Assembly (NCBI GenBank): GCA_014896305.1 | Contig: JADBKQ010000012.1 | Coordinates: 62,128-126,127, forward strand | DNA: 64,000 bases | Reading direction: 5' to 3' | Source: Limnochordaceae bacterium | GTDB taxonomy: Bacteria; Bacillota; Limnochordia; Limnochordales; DUMU01 | In this document: piece by piece, positions 1-11,065 of the stretch | Numbering within the stretch: the stretch's first letter is position 1 | Layout of the letters: every line of letters begins with the position of its first letter | Notes under the pieces: model-generated | The model's input: the letters and a program-made list of their open reading frames with translations, nothing else | What the model was told of the DNA's origin: nothing | Database searches by the model: none | Position numbers and translations under genes: made by a program

Positions 1-251
1 GGCTGTCTAAACCGGGGGCTGCCATTCCACCCGCTCAGCGCTGGATGTCTCTGCGGCAATACGCGAACGACATCCGCAATGAACCGCGCTACCGGCAGGC
101 GGTGGCCGCTGCCGCGAGGGGTGACCCCATTTTGTACCTGGCGGAACTTCTGGCCGCTGGTTACAGCGACGACCCGACGTACTTCTTTCAAGTAGAGTGC
201 ATCCTGCGTCGTCACATCCTGCCGTTGCTGAGCCAGCAGGCTCAGGCCTGA
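1..251 (+). CDS. C-terminal part of a glucosaminidase (FlgJ/LytD-type muramidase) domain protein; 5' end lies outside the window
   Basis: Frame 3 is open from the window edge to the stop at 249-251. The tail [33 protein letters not shown] parallels the tail of the complete paralog at 17216-17719 (YANLILEAPRYAQAAAVRSDP..AAGYATDPSY). Confidence 0.6.
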   Translation, partial: LSKPGAAIPPAQRWMSLRQYANDIRNEPRYRQAVAAAARGDPILYLAELLAAGYSDDPTYFFQVECILRRHILPLLSQQAQA

Positions 252-1573
252 TCCCGGGACAGGGGCATGGTCATGCAATGCGGACCCCCGCGACCTCGCC
301 CCAACTCGGCCCCTTCGATCTCGATGACCTCGAGGCCGTGCCGGCGCAAGACGCGGTTGGTCGCCTGGTTGCGGTTGTAACAAACGACCCGACCCGAGCC
401 GATGGCCAACGTGTTGGTGCTATCCGCCCACTGTTCACGAGCGGAGGTGATGGGGTCGTCACTGCCCGACGCGATGATCTCGACCTCGGGCAGCCCCAGT
501 ACCCGGGCCAGAGCCGCGGCCAGGTCAGGGACTCTCTCTGCCCGTGGCCGCACAGGGGTCAAAGCACCTGGCTCGGATCTTTCCGATGGGTAGAGCGTTT
601 CCCGAGCTGTCACCCCGGGCAGCAGCCGGAAGAGGCGAAGCTCGGCTCGAACCCCCGGGTACAGCAGAAACTTGTCCCAGTCCACCATGGTAAACACGGT
701 GTCGAGGTGCATGAACGCGCGCCGGGCCGGAATCTGAATCACCAGGATCTCCTCATACGGGCCGACCGGTTGCAGGAGTCTTGCACCGACCATTTCAATG
801 GCTTCTTCCGTGGTGCGTTCACTGAGCCCCAACACCAGTCCGCGTGAACCAGCGACCAGCACGTCACCTCCCTCGAGGCTGCCCGGCAGGGGCTGGTTGA
901 ACCAGGCGGTGACCTCGCTGTCACGGAACAGGGGGTGATACTCCAAGAGAAACCGCCAAAACACTGTCTCCCGTCGCCGGGCGGCGCTGGCCATCTCCCC
1001 GATCAGCAACCGCTCGCCCACCATGGCGGCGGGGTCTCGGGTGAAATACAGGCTGGGTAACGGTGTGAGGCAGAAAGGGAAACTGTGACGCGTGAGGTCG
1101 GAGAGGGTGGGCGACGGATAGGGGTGAAAGGTGCGCAGCTCCCTTTTGCGCACCCCAGTAATCAGGGTCTGCACCAATCGTTGCGGCTCGAGGTTGTTCA
1201 GGTAGTCACGTAGGACCAGCCACCAGGCGGGGGTGGCCGGGGGCCAGCGCTGAAGGCTGGCATCGATCAGGGAGTTTTTCAGTTCAGGCTGGCTGCGAAG
1301 TACCTCGGTCAACAGGTCTTCCAGATAGTAGACCGTGGTGCCTGCGGCCCGCAGAGTCTCTACGAACCGATCGTGTTCTTCCTGAGCCCGTTCCAGCCAG
1401 GGGATCTCGTCGAACAGCAGGTCGTTGAGGTAGGCGGGCACGAGCTGCTCGAGCTCTGACCCCGGCCGGTGAACCAGAAGCGCCTGCAACGTCCCTACTT
1501 CCGAGTCGACGCGGGGTCGGCGCAGCCTTCGCAGCGCGTGGTACGAGGTGGGGAGAATCAGCGAATTACCCAC
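242..1573 (-). CDS. arcA: arginine deiminase
   Basis: 443-aa ORF with a GTG start. ADI motifs are present: [20 protein letters not shown] and the C-terminal catalytic Cys motif [10 protein letters not shown]. Confidence 0.9.
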   Translation of the reverse strand: MGNSLILPTSYHALRRLRRPRVDSEVGTLQALLVHRPGSELEQLVPAYLNDLLFDEIPWLERAQEEHDRFVETLRAAGTTVYYLEDLLTEVLRSQPELKNSLIDASLQRWPPATPAWWLVLRDYLNNLEPQRLVQTLITGVRKRELRTFHPYPSPTLSDLTRHSFPFCLTPLPSLYFTRDPAAMVGERLLIGEMASAARRRETVFWRFLLEYHPLFRDSEVTAWFNQPLPGSLEGGDVLVAGSRGLVLGLSERTTEEAIEMVGARLLQPVGPYEEILVIQIPARRAFMHLDTVFTMVDWDKFLLYPGVRAELRLFRLLPGVTARETLYPSERSEPGALTPVRPRAERVPDLAAALARVLGLPEVEIIASGSDDPITSAREQWADSTNTLAIGSGRVVCYNRNQATNRVLRRHGLEVIEIEGAELGRGRGGPHCMTMPLSRDQA

Positions 1574-1738
1574 GGGTGCTTCACCACTTCTAATCAGGCA
1601 TCACCAGGATGCTCGCTGTTAGCATTCCCCCGAGTGCCAGGTTCGATCGTCGGAAAGATAGATCCTGGGTTGGCAATTCCCCGCTGGTCAGGCCCGACTG
1701 CCCCCGCGGTCGTATCCAGACCAGGCTGGCGTCTCTAG

Positions 1739-2548
1739 CTAGAAGGGTAGGTCCTGCACGGCCTGCTCGATCTCCGCGTCCTGGGCTGCCGCTGCTTGCG
1801 GGCTCACCCGGGACTCCAGTGGGCAGATACTCTGAAAATCACAGTACCGGCAGAGCGGGTTGGATACCGGCAGAAACTGCTGGTCGGACTCGATCGCCTG
1901 GATCAGCTTACGGACCCGTTCCCGTACGGCCTCGATCTCCGCTTGCCCAAACTGCAGGGTGATGGGTTGGGGCCGGTCCAAATAAAGGTAGGAAATGCGG
2001 GAGACTGGCTGCCCAAACGTCGCCTCGGCCATCAACCAGTAGACGGGTAGCTGCAGGTCATGCTGGACGTAGGCCAGGCTGGAAGGGGCTTTGCCGGTCT
2101 TGTAGTCGATAAGGTGAAGCGAGCCATCGGGCTCCCGGTCCACGCGGTCGATCTTGCCCAGGAGGGCATTTTTCTCGTCGACGGGGCATTCCACCCATTC
2201 TTCCAGCTTGTAGGGGATCACCCGAGTGTCCTGCTGGTTGAAGAACTGTTCGAGCAGTGCCAGCCCTCTCTTCCCGTAGGGGATCTCCGCGGCAGCATCG
2301 GCAAAGGTCTCCCGCCGCTTGCCATCGCTGGCCCAGGCCCGCCGGAACAGATGGTGCAAGAGGTCGAGCGTCCGCTCCTGCGGAGCGGTTTCGAAAAAGT
2401 GGCGCAGGGCGGCGTGGATCTGGTTCCCGAGGTACAGCTCGGGGCGGGGCTTTTCGAACTGGGGCCCCAGGTTGTCAATGTAGATAAAGCGGTACTTGCG
2501 AGGACAGGTCTCATATGTCTTCAAGCGGCTGGGGCTGAACTTTTCCAC
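1739..2548 (-). CDS. PD-(D/E)XK nuclease, Cas4/RecB-like with 4-Cys cluster
   Basis: 269 aa. It has an N-terminal Cys (YETCPRKY), IDRVD...LIDYKTGK (D..D-x-K core), QLPVYWL (QxxxY) and C-terminal CRYCDFQSIC. GTG start with GGAAGGGA upstream. Confidence 0.7.
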   Translation of the reverse strand: MEKFSPSRLKTYETCPRKYRFIYIDNLGPQFEKPRPELYLGNQIHAALRHFFETAPQERTLDLLHHLFRRAWASDGKRRETFADAAAEIPYGKRGLALLEQFFNQQDTRVIPYKLEEWVECPVDEKNALLGKIDRVDREPDGSLHLIDYKTGKAPSSLAYVQHDLQLPVYWLMAEATFGQPVSRISYLYLDRPQPITLQFGQAEIEAVRERVRKLIQAIESDQQFLPVSNPLCRYCDFQSICPLESRVSPQAAAAQDAEIEQAVQDLPF

Positions 2549-2778
2549 GTCTATCCCTTCCGTGTACGCGGTACGCGCAAGATGAAGAGCGGTGCCTCGG
2601 GTAGGCGCACCCGCTGGAAGTGCTGTTCAAGAAAGGGCCGTCGATCTCCTTCTGCCCCAGGCCGTCGTATCTTCGCGCGTGGTCACGATGGCTGCTGCGT
2701 GCGGGATTTCGTCAAGAGTCCCGGCCGCGGGGTCTGGCCCCGGCACCACCCGCAGGCCGTCCGGGCAGCCACCCGTGA

Positions 2779-3615
2779 TCAGCGGTCTGGCAGGCAATCG
2801 GGGCTCAGCAGGCGGGCGGGCAATCCGTGCTCCACGAGAAACGTAGCCGCCCGGGCGACGTCCTGGTCACCAGCTGCCCGTACGTCCGCCAGCGGTGAAC
2901 GGTCGCCCAGCGCTGTCCACTTGGGCTCACCTAGTTTGGTGAACGGCAACAGTTCTACCCTGGTCACATTGGGCAGGCTGGACACATAGGCAGCCAACGG
3001 CTCCAGGTTGGCCGGAGTGTCCGTAATGCCCGGGATGATGACGACCCGGATCCAGGCCGGGATAGCGTGCTCGGCCAGGTAGGCGGCGAAGCGGCGGGTC
3101 GGCTCCGGCGGCACTCCCGTCAGACGCAGGTGTAAGGCCCGATCCATCGCTTTGAGAGAAAGCAGTACCAGATCGGTTTGTGCCAGCAAGTCAGTGACGG
3201 CCTGCTGCCGGAGCGAAGCAAATCCGGACGTGTCGAGCGCCGTGTGAATGCCGGCTTGGTGACACCTGTGAAACAGGGAGGCAACGAAGGGGGCTTGAAG
3301 CAGCGGTTCACCACCGGAGACCGTCACCCCGCCCCCCGAGGCCTCCATGTACGGTCGATAGCGAAGAAGTTGGGCCCAGACCTGGTCCACGGTCATGAGT
3401 TGCCCGCCCGAGCGAGACCAGGTGTCGCGGTTATGGCAGTAGGCGCAATGCAGAGGACATCCCTGTAGGAAGATCACGAATCGCAGTCCTGGCCCATCCA
3501 GAGTCCCCATCGTCTCGACCGAGTGCACTTGACCGCAGGGGACAGTTGACAGTTTCAGGGCTGTCTGTTCCAGCGGACACTGCGTAACCTCGGCCTTGCC
3601 CATCGCTACTGCCAT
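2779..3615 (-). CDS. pflA: pyruvate formate-lyase activating enzyme (radical SAM)
   Basis: HSVETMGTLDGPGLRFVIFLQGCPLHCAYCHNRDTW matches the PflA N-terminus and its CxxxCxxC radical-SAM motif. It lies directly downstream of pflB. The start could be ATG 3615 or 3603. Confidence 0.9.
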   Translation of the reverse strand: MAVAMGKAEVTQCPLEQTALKLSTVPCGQVHSVETMGTLDGPGLRFVIFLQGCPLHCAYCHNRDTWSRSGGQLMTVDQVWAQLLRYRPYMEASGGGVTVSGGEPLLQAPFVASLFHRCHQAGIHTALDTSGFASLRQQAVTDLLAQTDLVLLSLKAMDRALHLRLTGVPPEPTRRFAAYLAEHAIPAWIRVVIIPGITDTPANLEPLAAYVSSLPNVTRVELLPFTKLGEPKWTALGDRSPLADVRAAGDQDVARAATFLVEHGLPARLLSPDCLPDR

Positions 3616-3661
3616 AACCTGACTGACCTTCTTTCCTCTACATAACGAGCATGACGACCGT

Positions 3662-5929
3662 TTACAAGCGTTCGTGGAAGGTGCGATGGATCACCTCGAG
3701 CTGCTGCTCCCGGGTGAGCCGGACGAAGTTGACGGCATACCCAGAGACCCGGATGGTCAACTGCGGGTACTTTTCCGGATGGTCCATCGCGTCGAGCAAC
3801 GTCTCCCGGTTCAACACGTTGACGTTGATGTGATGACCGCCCCTGGTAAAGTACCCGTCCAGCAGGCCCACCAGGTTGGTGACCCGGTCCGGCTCGCTTT
3901 TGCCCAGCACGGACGGAATGATGGAGAAGGTGTAGGAGATACCGTCCTGAGCGTCCGCGTAGGGGAGCTTGGCCACAGAGTTGCAGGAGGCGACGGCGCC
4001 GTTGCGATCGCGACCGTGCATGGGGTTCGCTCCGGGAGCGAACGGTTCACCAGCCTTACGACCATCCGGCGTAGTACCTGTCTTCTTGCCGTAGACCACG
4101 TTGGAGGTGATGGTCAGTACGGAAAGGGTAGGCACGGCGTGGCGGTACGTCGGCTGGCGGCGCAGTTTCTCCGCAAACCGGTGCACCAGGTCTACGGCGA
4201 TGGCATCGACACGGTCGTCATCGTTCCCGTAGGCCGGCCATTCCCCTTCGACCTGGAAGTCGACGGCAATCCCCTGCTCGTCCCGTATGGGTTTCACCTT
4301 GGCATACTTGATCGCCGACAGCGAGTCGGCCGCGACCGACAGGCCAGCGATGCCGCAAGCCATGGTACGATAGACGTCTTCGTCGTGCAACGCCATCTGC
4401 AGGCTCTCGTAGCAATACTTATCGTGCATGTAGTGAATGATGTTGAGGGCGTTCATGTACGTTTGAGCCAGCCAATCCAGCATCCGGTCGTAAGCAGCCA
4501 TGACTTTGTCGTAGTCGAGGACTTCGTCCCGGATGGGCGGCATGGCCGGGCCTACTTGTTGCCGGGTCTTCTCGTCGATGCCCCCGTTGATCGCATACAA
4601 CAGTGCCTTCGCCAGGTTGGCCCTGGCACCGAAGAACTGCATCTGTTTGCCGATTCGCATGGCCGAGACACAGCAGGCGATGCCGTAATCGTCGCCCCAG
4701 TACGGCCGCATCAGGTCATCGTTTTCGTACTGGATCGCTGACGTGTCGGTGGAGACCTGCGCGCAGAAGCGCTTCCAGGCAGCAGGGAGATGGCTGGACC
4801 ACAAGACGGTCAAGTTGGGCTCTGGAGCGGGCCCCAGGTTGTACAGGGTCTGCAAGAAACGGAAACTGTTGCGGGTTACCAGGGGTCGGCCATCTACGCC
4901 CATACCGCCCAAGCTCTCGGTGACCCAGGTGGGGTCGCCGGAGAAGAGCTCGTTGTACTCAGGCGTGCGCAGGAAGCGAACCAGGCGCAGCTTGATGATG
5001 AACTGATCTGCCAGCTCCTGGGCCTCTGCTTCGGTGAGCGTTCCTTGCTGGAGGTCATGCTCTACGTAAATGTCCAGGAACGTCGAGACCCGTCCGAGGC
5101 TCATGGCCGCACCATTCTGTTGTTTGACAGCAGCCAGGTAGGCGAAGTACAGCCACTGGTAGGCCTCTTTCGCGTTCCGGGCCGGGCCGGAGATATCGAA
5201 GCCATAGGAGGCGGCCATCTGCTTGAGCTGTTCGAGGGCGCGGATCTGTTCCGTGATCTCTTCCCGATCGCGGATGGTCTCCTCGTTCAGGTTGGCGGTC
5301 TCCAGGCGGGTCAGCGCCTCCTGCTTGCGCCGAATCAGGAAGTCCACGCCGTACAGAGCGACGCGCCGGTAGTCCCCAATGATGCGCCCACGGCCGTACG
5401 CATCCGGCAGGCCGGTGATGATACCGGCATGGCGAGCTTTGCGGATCTCCGGCGTGTAAGCGTCGAACACACCCTGGTTATGGGTCTTGCGATAGTCTGT
5501 AAAGACCTTTTTCACTTCAGGGTCGAGGGTATACCCATAAGCCGAGCAGGCCTGTTCGACCATACGGATACCACCAAAAGGCATGATCGCCCGGCGCAGA
5601 GGGGCATCCGTCTGGAGTCCCACGATCACTTCGTCCTCCCGGTCAATGTACCCGGGCTGGTGGGAGGTGATGGTGGAAGGCGTATGGGTATCGACATCGA
5701 GGACGCCCTTTTGCTGTTCAAGGGCAAGCAGCTCCTGGCAGCGTCGCCACAGGCGTTGGGTAGCCGCGGACGGGCCTTCCAGGAACGAGGCATCTCCTAC
5801 GTAAGGGGTGTAGTTGCGCTGGATGAAATCCCGTACGTCGATGCGGTGCTGCCACGGCCCTGGTACCCAGTCTTGCCAGGCATCAGGGATGGCGTCGGAA
5901 CGAGAAGACACAACCGTTGCAACGGCCAT
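3662..5929 (-). CDS. pflB: formate C-acetyltransferase (pyruvate formate-lyase)
   Basis: 755 aa. It has the active-site [26 protein letters not shown] and the C-terminal glycyl-radical motif [26 protein letters not shown]. Confidence 0.95.
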   Translation of the reverse strand: MAVATVVSSRSDAIPDAWQDWVPGPWQHRIDVRDFIQRNYTPYVGDASFLEGPSAATQRLWRRCQELLALEQQKGVLDVDTHTPSTITSHQPGYIDREDEVIVGLQTDAPLRRAIMPFGGIRMVEQACSAYGYTLDPEVKKVFTDYRKTHNQGVFDAYTPEIRKARHAGIITGLPDAYGRGRIIGDYRRVALYGVDFLIRRKQEALTRLETANLNEETIRDREEITEQIRALEQLKQMAASYGFDISGPARNAKEAYQWLYFAYLAAVKQQNGAAMSLGRVSTFLDIYVEHDLQQGTLTEAEAQELADQFIIKLRLVRFLRTPEYNELFSGDPTWVTESLGGMGVDGRPLVTRNSFRFLQTLYNLGPAPEPNLTVLWSSHLPAAWKRFCAQVSTDTSAIQYENDDLMRPYWGDDYGIACCVSAMRIGKQMQFFGARANLAKALLYAINGGIDEKTRQQVGPAMPPIRDEVLDYDKVMAAYDRMLDWLAQTYMNALNIIHYMHDKYCYESLQMALHDEDVYRTMACGIAGLSVAADSLSAIKYAKVKPIRDEQGIAVDFQVEGEWPAYGNDDDRVDAIAVDLVHRFAEKLRRQPTYRHAVPTLSVLTITSNVVYGKKTGTTPDGRKAGEPFAPGANPMHGRDRNGAVASCNSVAKLPYADAQDGISYTFSIIPSVLGKSEPDRVTNLVGLLDGYFTRGGHHINVNVLNRETLLDAMDHPEKYPQLTIRVSGYAVNFVRLTREQQLEVIHRTFHERL

Positions 5930-6313
5930 AGGACCGAGGCTCCTTTCTCTGACTGGTTCCTGGGGGAGGCGTTGGGTTGGGGCAGAGGGAGGTGCTCCCG
6001 GAATCCGTGCAAGTTACCACATTCACAAGACTCCTCTTCTGGCACCTCCCTGCCGCACTAACCTTTCCCTGCGAAAACGCCGTGACCGTACGTGACCAGC
6101 AGGCAAGGTTTCCTCCCGTGCCGGCCAATCACTGCTGGCTGTCTTCCGCAGCACGCAAAGGTCAACCGTAACTCCAGGAACCTGCAGCTGTCACACCACA
6201 GCAATTATACTCCCGCGTATGTGTCACAGGGGACGAGTTTTGTAACAAATCGGTTAACACACTTGATGGATATTGACAGAAGGGGGCACGGTCGATAGGC
6301 TATCAGCAAGGGC

Positions 6314-6329
6314 TGTGATGATGTTCACA
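6314..6329. promoter_or_regulatory. Rex/CRP-FNR-type palindrome TGTGAT-GATG-TTCACA upstream of adhE
   Basis: TGTGA-N6-TCACA inverted repeat about 115 nt upstream of the adhE start. It matches the Rex consensus TTGTGAAnnnnTTCACAA at 12 of 14 specified positions. It lies about 36 bp downstream of a TTGACA hexamer (6273-6278). Confidence 0.45.
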
Positions 6330-6443
6330 ATCACAATAAACCATGGTCTGACAGTCCAGGAGAATCGGGCCGGCCGGGGGGCAGCGACCCACCGCCATGG
6401 CTGGCCGGACGCCCTCCGGGCTGTCGAAGGGGAGGCAGTCAGT

Positions 6444-9248
6444 ATGGCAGGACGCAGCGCAGGACGTGGTGATGGAGCGACCGTTCCCAACGAGCCGCTG
6501 AAACCAGCGAATCGACCCAGCCACCCGGCGGTAATGGGAACGAGCCTTGGCGACGGCACGACAGGTGACGCCATTGCCGAGGAGGAGCGTGGGCCGCGTG
6601 CGCAGGACCAAGCCATCGACGAGGTGGTTGCCCGGGCGAGGGCGGCGGCGGCGACGCTGCGGTCGTTCACCCAGGAACAGGTCGATGCGATCGTGAAGGC
6701 GATGGCGATCGCGGGTTTGGCCCACCATGAGGAGTTAGCTCGGCTGGCGGTGGAAGAGACGGGCATGGGGGTCTACGAGGACAAGGTCCAAAAGAACCTC
6801 TTTGCCACGGAATATGTCTACAACGACATCCGCGAGCAACGGACGGTGGGCGTCCTGCGAGATTGTCCGCAAGAAGGTTACATGGAGGTGGCGGAACCGA
6901 TCGGGGTCATCGCCGGTATTACACCGGTGACCAACCCCACGGCGACCACTCTGTTCAAGAGTCTGATTAGCCTCAAAACCCGCAACGCCATCGTCTTTTC
7001 GTTTCATCCCAAGGCACTTCGCTGTAGCGCCCAGGCCGCCCGGATCATGCGGGAGGCGGCGGTCCGCGCGGGGGCTCCTGCCGACTGCATTCAATGGCTG
7101 GAGCCGGTCAGCCTGGAGACCACGCAGGCGCTCATGCGTCACCCGGGGGTAGACATCATTCTTGCTACCGGCGGGGCGGGCATGGTGCAAGCCGCCTACT
7201 CCTCCGGCAAGCCGGCGCTGGGCGTTGGGCCAGGCAACGTGCCGGCGTACATCGAGCGGTCGGCTGATCTGCGCCAGGCCGTGGCCGATATTGTGCTCAG
7301 CAAGACGTTTGACAACGGGATGATCTGTGCCTCTGAGCAGGCAGTTATCGTCGATGCGGCTGTCGATGCCGAGGTGCGAGGACTCTTCACGGAGCTGGGT
7401 TGCTACTTTCTGACCGAGGAAGAGGCGCACCGGCTGGAGCAAGTCATGTTCTCGCCACCAAGTGGTGCGATCAACCCGGCCATCGTCGGACAAAGCGCCG
7501 CCAGGATTGCGCAGTTGGCTGGGATTCCTGTTCCTGCGGCCACGAAAGTCCTGCTCGTGTGCGAGGAAGGGGTGGGCCCGGGCCATCCGTTCACTCGGGA
7601 GAAGCTGTCGCCGGTGCTGGCCTATCTGGTGGTGCACGACTACCGGGAAGGGGTGGAGCGTTGCCAGCAGATGACGGAGTATTACGGGGTGGGGCACACG
7701 GCCGTGCTGCACTCGCAAAACCCTGACGCCATGTGTCTCTTCCGCGAACAGGTGCGGGCCGGGCGCCTGCTGATCAACCAGCCCTCTGCTCTGGGGGCGA
7801 TCGGCGACCTGTACAACTTTGCCACCCCATCGCTGACGTTGGGCTGTGGCACGATGGGGCACAATTCGACGACCGCCAATGTGAGTGTACAGCAGTTGCT
7901 CAACGTCAAGCGGGTGACCACCCGGCGTCCCCGCCTGCAGTGGCTGCGCATCCCTCCCGAGATCTACTTTGAACCGGGCGCTATCCAGTACCTGGCGGAG
8001 CTACCGACCCGACGCGCTTTCATCGTGACCGACCCGACCATGGTCAAGCTGGGGTATGTGGAGCGGGCAAAGCACTTTCTGGACCAGGCGGGCATCCAGG
8101 TGCAGGTCTTTTCGGATGTCGAGCCGGATCCGTCCGTCGACACCGTGCGGGCCGGCGCCCAGGCGATGACGCATTTCGAACCGGACTGCATCATTGCTCT
8201 AGGCGGAGGCTCGGCCATGGATGCAGCCAAAGGCATGTGGATGTTCTATGAGCATCCCGAAGCCCGTTTCGACGAACTGCGGCTCAAGTTTCTGTTCATC
8301 CGAAAGCGGACCGTCCGGTTCCCTCACTTGGGCGGGAAAGCGCTGTTTGTGGCCATCCCTACCACCAGCGGCACGGGCTCTGAGGGAACGGCCTTTGCGG
8401 TGATCACCGACCGCACGAAGAACGTTAAGTACCCGGTCACCGATTACGAGTTCACCCCGGACGTGGCCATCATCGACCCGGATCTGGTCATGACGGTGCC
8501 ACCCCGCCTCACGGCGGATACAGGCGTGGATGCTCTCGTTCACGCGATCGAAGCGTACGTGTCGGTGATGGCTTCGGACTTCACGGACGGACTGGCGCTG
8601 CATGCGGCGGAGCTGATCTTCACCTACCTGCCGCGGGCCTACCGCAACGGCAACGACCGCCAGGCACGCACCAAGATGCACTACGCCGCTACCATTGCGG
8701 GCCTGGCGTTTAGCAACGCCTTCCTGGGGATCAATCACAGCCTGGCCCACGTGGTGGGCGCTCGCTTCCACGTTCCCCACGGGCGCGCCAACGCCGTCTT
8801 GCTGCCTTACGTGATCCGGTACAATGCGGCCTTGCCCAGCAAACTGGTGGCCTATCCGCAATATAGCTGGCCCCGGGCGGCCGAGCGCTACGCGGAGCTG
8901 GCCCGCCGTCTCGGCCTGCCGGCCGGCACGGCTCAGGAGGGAGTGGCCAGTCTACTGCAAGCGGTCGACCGGCTACTGACCCAGGTGGAGATGCCGCACA
9001 CGTTTGCCGCCGCCGGGGTGGACGTGCCAGCGTTTCTGGCGCAAGTCGACGAGATGGCGGAGATCGCCTTCAATGACCAGTGCACCGGGGTCAACCCCCG
9101 GCTGCCGCTGGTGCACGAGTTGGCTGCGATCTTGCGGGAGGCGTGTGGAACGCCAGAGTCCTCGCCCAATGGGGTTATGGTAACGGATGCCAGGGCGAAA
9201 CCCCAGAGCTGCTCCCCTGCACCGGTCGTGGGGAAACCGACGGCATAA
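6444..9248 (+). CDS. adhE: bifunctional acetaldehyde-CoA / alcohol dehydrogenase
   Basis: The ALDH half has [15 protein letters not shown] (catalytic Cys). The Fe-ADH half has [19 protein letters not shown] and His-rich metal motifs. The start is set at ATG 6444 (AAGGGGAGG 8 nt upstream), because the ORF-track start at 6273 falls inside promoter-like sequence. Confidence 0.9.
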   Translation: MAGRSAGRGDGATVPNEPLKPANRPSHPAVMGTSLGDGTTGDAIAEEERGPRAQDQAIDEVVARARAAAATLRSFTQEQVDAIVKAMAIAGLAHHEELARLAVEETGMGVYEDKVQKNLFATEYVYNDIREQRTVGVLRDCPQEGYMEVAEPIGVIAGITPVTNPTATTLFKSLISLKTRNAIVFSFHPKALRCSAQAARIMREAAVRAGAPADCIQWLEPVSLETTQALMRHPGVDIILATGGAGMVQAAYSSGKPALGVGPGNVPAYIERSADLRQAVADIVLSKTFDNGMICASEQAVIVDAAVDAEVRGLFTELGCYFLTEEEAHRLEQVMFSPPSGAINPAIVGQSAARIAQLAGIPVPAATKVLLVCEEGVGPGHPFTREKLSPVLAYLVVHDYREGVERCQQMTEYYGVGHTAVLHSQNPDAMCLFREQVRAGRLLINQPSALGAIGDLYNFATPSLTLGCGTMGHNSTTANVSVQQLLNVKRVTTRRPRLQWLRIPPEIYFEPGAIQYLAELPTRRAFIVTDPTMVKLGYVERAKHFLDQAGIQVQVFSDVEPDPSVDTVRAGAQAMTHFEPDCIIALGGGSAMDAAKGMWMFYEHPEARFDELRLKFLFIRKRTVRFPHLGGKALFVAIPTTSGTGSEGTAFAVITDRTKNVKYPVTDYEFTPDVAIIDPDLVMTVPPRLTADTGVDALVHAIEAYVSVMASDFTDGLALHAAELIFTYLPRAYRNGNDRQARTKMHYAATIAGLAFSNAFLGINHSLAHVVGARFHVPHGRANAVLLPYVIRYNAALPSKLVAYPQYSWPRAAERYAELARRLGLPAGTAQEGVASLLQAVDRLLTQVEMPHTFAAAGVDVPAFLAQVDEMAEIAFNDQCTGVNPRLPLVHELAAILREACGTPESSPNGVMVTDARAKPQSCSPAPVVGKPTA

Positions 9249-9324
9249 GGAGCCCAGCCCGAAGACGAGTACGGGAGGCGCCCAAACAAAAGCGAGCGTC
9301 CCCCACCCAGGACCACCCTAGAAC

Positions 9325-10665
9325 CTAGAACCGATCGTTCCGTGGAACATACGGCGCGCCGGGCGGGAAGAGCACATCCAGAAGCTCGACCTGCTCGGCC
9401 GTGGCCTGCACCGACGGAGCTGCCAGGACTTCGGCGGCCGGACGATAGCCCAAGAAAAGCTGGGTAAAGAGCTCTTGTGGCAGACTCACCGCGCCCACCG
9501 CCGGCGTGGCCACGCTGGCCAACCGGAGCGGGCCGCCAGGTTCTTCGTTCCACAGGTGAACCGCCTGCGGCCGGCAGGGGGTGGCGTCGGAGGCAGCGAC
9601 GAACGGGTTGGGCGAGAGATCCGGCCGCGGGCTGTTGGCATCCCAGATGGCCAACTGCAGGTCAATAGCCCGATCGGGGCTGGCTGCAGGACGGACGCCG
9701 GCAGACACGGTGGAGGACGAGCCGCAGGAGGAGGCGGCCAGCCGCTGGTCGAGGACCGGGAGGAGCTTGCGCAGGCTGCGTTCCAGATTGATGACACGAG
9801 CCATGGAACCACGGTCGAAGGCGTAAGTGGTCGTGATCTCACAGCCATAGTACCGCAGGCGGCGGGCCAGGTCCGATTCGGGATGCAGGAAAAACGTGAT
9901 CTGTCCGACCCGCCGTTCCACCGCCAGCCGCCCCAGGTGACCGATGAGGAAATCCAGACCCCGCTCGTCGTCCGCCTCGGCTTCCGAGACGGTCACTTCT
10001 TCGTCATTGCGGTCGAGGGTCACGTAGCCAACCACCTTTTCGAAGAGCCCTTCCCCTTCCACCAGGACGAAGACTTCGGTCTGCCGTCCCCAGGTCGATC
10101 CCAGGCGGAACCCCCACCAGGTGCTGGGCTGGCGATCGAGGTAGCCAGTACGGTGAGAATTCTTCGCCTTGTACAGCTCCAGAACAGGCCCCAGGTCCCG
10201 TTCTGGCTGGTAGGGGCGCAGGTGGCGGGCAGGCGAGGTAGCAGCTGCAGAAGGCGTTCGCGCTGGCTCTTGTCCGACCGCTTCCGCCAGGCGCGTCGGC
10301 ATCGTCAGCCGGCTATCGATGAGGCTGGTGATGAAACCGTAGCGGTGGTAAAAGTTGTGGATGCCAAACAGGACCGAAACATCGAAGCCGGTCTCGTCCA
10401 TATGCTGAACGGCCGCCGAGAGCATCAGCCGGGCGTACCCTTTCTTGCGCAGCGCGGGAAGGGTTTGTACGCCGCCTATACCGCCCATTCGCAAGACGGA
10501 TTCATCGACGTGCATGGGCAAATCGTGAATGATCAGCCGGCTGCTCTCCTCTTCGCCCAGCATGACCTGGACGAGGATCTGCCGGGCCTCGGGCGTAGAG
10601 AAGCGAACCGTTGGTTCGGATGTCGCAGAAGGATGTACTGCGTTTTCTTTTTCTTTCATAGCCAT
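9325..10665 (-). CDS. GNAT family N-acetyltransferase, Eis-like (GNAT + SCP2-like C-terminal region)
   Basis: Acetyl-CoA motif region GGVQTLPALRKKGYARLMLSAAVQHMDETGFDVSVLFGIHNFYHRYGF. The start is moved to ATG 10665 (MAMKEKEN), since the upstream 99 codons of the ORF show no domain-like sequence. Confidence 0.65.
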   Translation of the reverse strand: MAMKEKENAVHPSATSEPTVRFSTPEARQILVQVMLGEEESSRLIIHDLPMHVDESVLRMGGIGGVQTLPALRKKGYARLMLSAAVQHMDETGFDVSVLFGIHNFYHRYGFITSLIDSRLTMPTRLAEAVGQEPARTPSAAATSPARHLRPYQPERDLGPVLELYKAKNSHRTGYLDRQPSTWWGFRLGSTWGRQTEVFVLVEGEGLFEKVVGYVTLDRNDEEVTVSEAEADDERGLDFLIGHLGRLAVERRVGQITFFLHPESDLARRLRYYGCEITTTYAFDRGSMARVINLERSLRKLLPVLDQRLAASSCGSSSTVSAGVRPAASPDRAIDLQLAIWDANSPRPDLSPNPFVAASDATPCRPQAVHLWNEEPGGPLRLASVATPAVGAVSLPQELFTQLFLGYRPAAEVLAAPSVQATAEQVELLDVLFPPGAPYVPRNDRF

Positions 10666-11003
10666 GTGCGACCCAACACCTTTCGTGAGCCCGCCGCAAC
10701 GGCGCAGACTCCAACACGCCGCTCCAATAGGCGAGCGATGTTTTCCCTCAGGAGAACCGAAGTACTCCACGAAAGATACGCCGCTTTCCATTGCATTCCT
10801 TCCCTGCCTCCACTCCATAGCCACCCCTGCTTCCAATTCGTGGTTAGCCGTGGGCAGGCTGGAGCACAACGCTTGGGCAGCAGCGTCAAGGGAACGCCGG
10901 GCGAATGGAAGGGAAAGCAACGTAGGGGCGCGCCTGTGAACGCCAGAGCAAGAGCCGGGCAAAGAGGGAAACGTTGAGGTACCTAGGAGATACGACTTAG
11001 GAC

Positions 11004-11032
11004 TTGCACAGTATCTCCGAAGGCGGTATTAC
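11004..11032 (+). promoter_or_regulatory. candidate sigma-70 promoter TTGCAC-17-TATTAC for the 11066-13848 operon
   Basis: The hexamers have 17-nt spacing and sit about 35 nt upstream of GTG 11066. The spacer overlaps the 8-bp inverted repeat GGAGATAC (10986-10993) / GTATCTCC (11011-11018). Confidence 0.35.
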
Positions 11033-11065
11033 TAAGGGGAAGTACCGAGCTTTGGAGGGATCGAC

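Noticed and set aside
6021-6050. Rex half-site TTCACAA upstream of pflB
   Set aside because: The partner arm (AAGTTAC) matches only 3 of 7 positions, so it does not qualify as an operator on sequence alone.
6273-6443. 5' extension of the adhE ORF (the ORF track gives a 991-aa protein starting at 6273)
   Set aside because: The proposed TTG lies inside a TTGACA -35 hexamer. The extension contains the Rex-type palindrome and has no AdhE-like sequence. ATG 6444 has a good RBS and leaves a normal AdhE N-terminus.
10666-10962. 99-codon N-terminal extension of the GNAT ORF
   Set aside because: It has no domain-like sequence. ATG 10665 (MAMKEKEN...) gives a protein of normal Eis-like length.
9475-10977. 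Long antisense ORFs, for example 9475-10977 (+, 500 aa), 6735-7862 (-), 33737-34765 (-), 17755-18756 (+), 3674-4741 (+) and 4790-6061 (+)
   Set aside because: Each lies opposite a gene with clear family motifs. Their translations are Arg/Gly/Pro-rich with no recognisable domains. They are typical shadow ORFs of GC-rich DNA.
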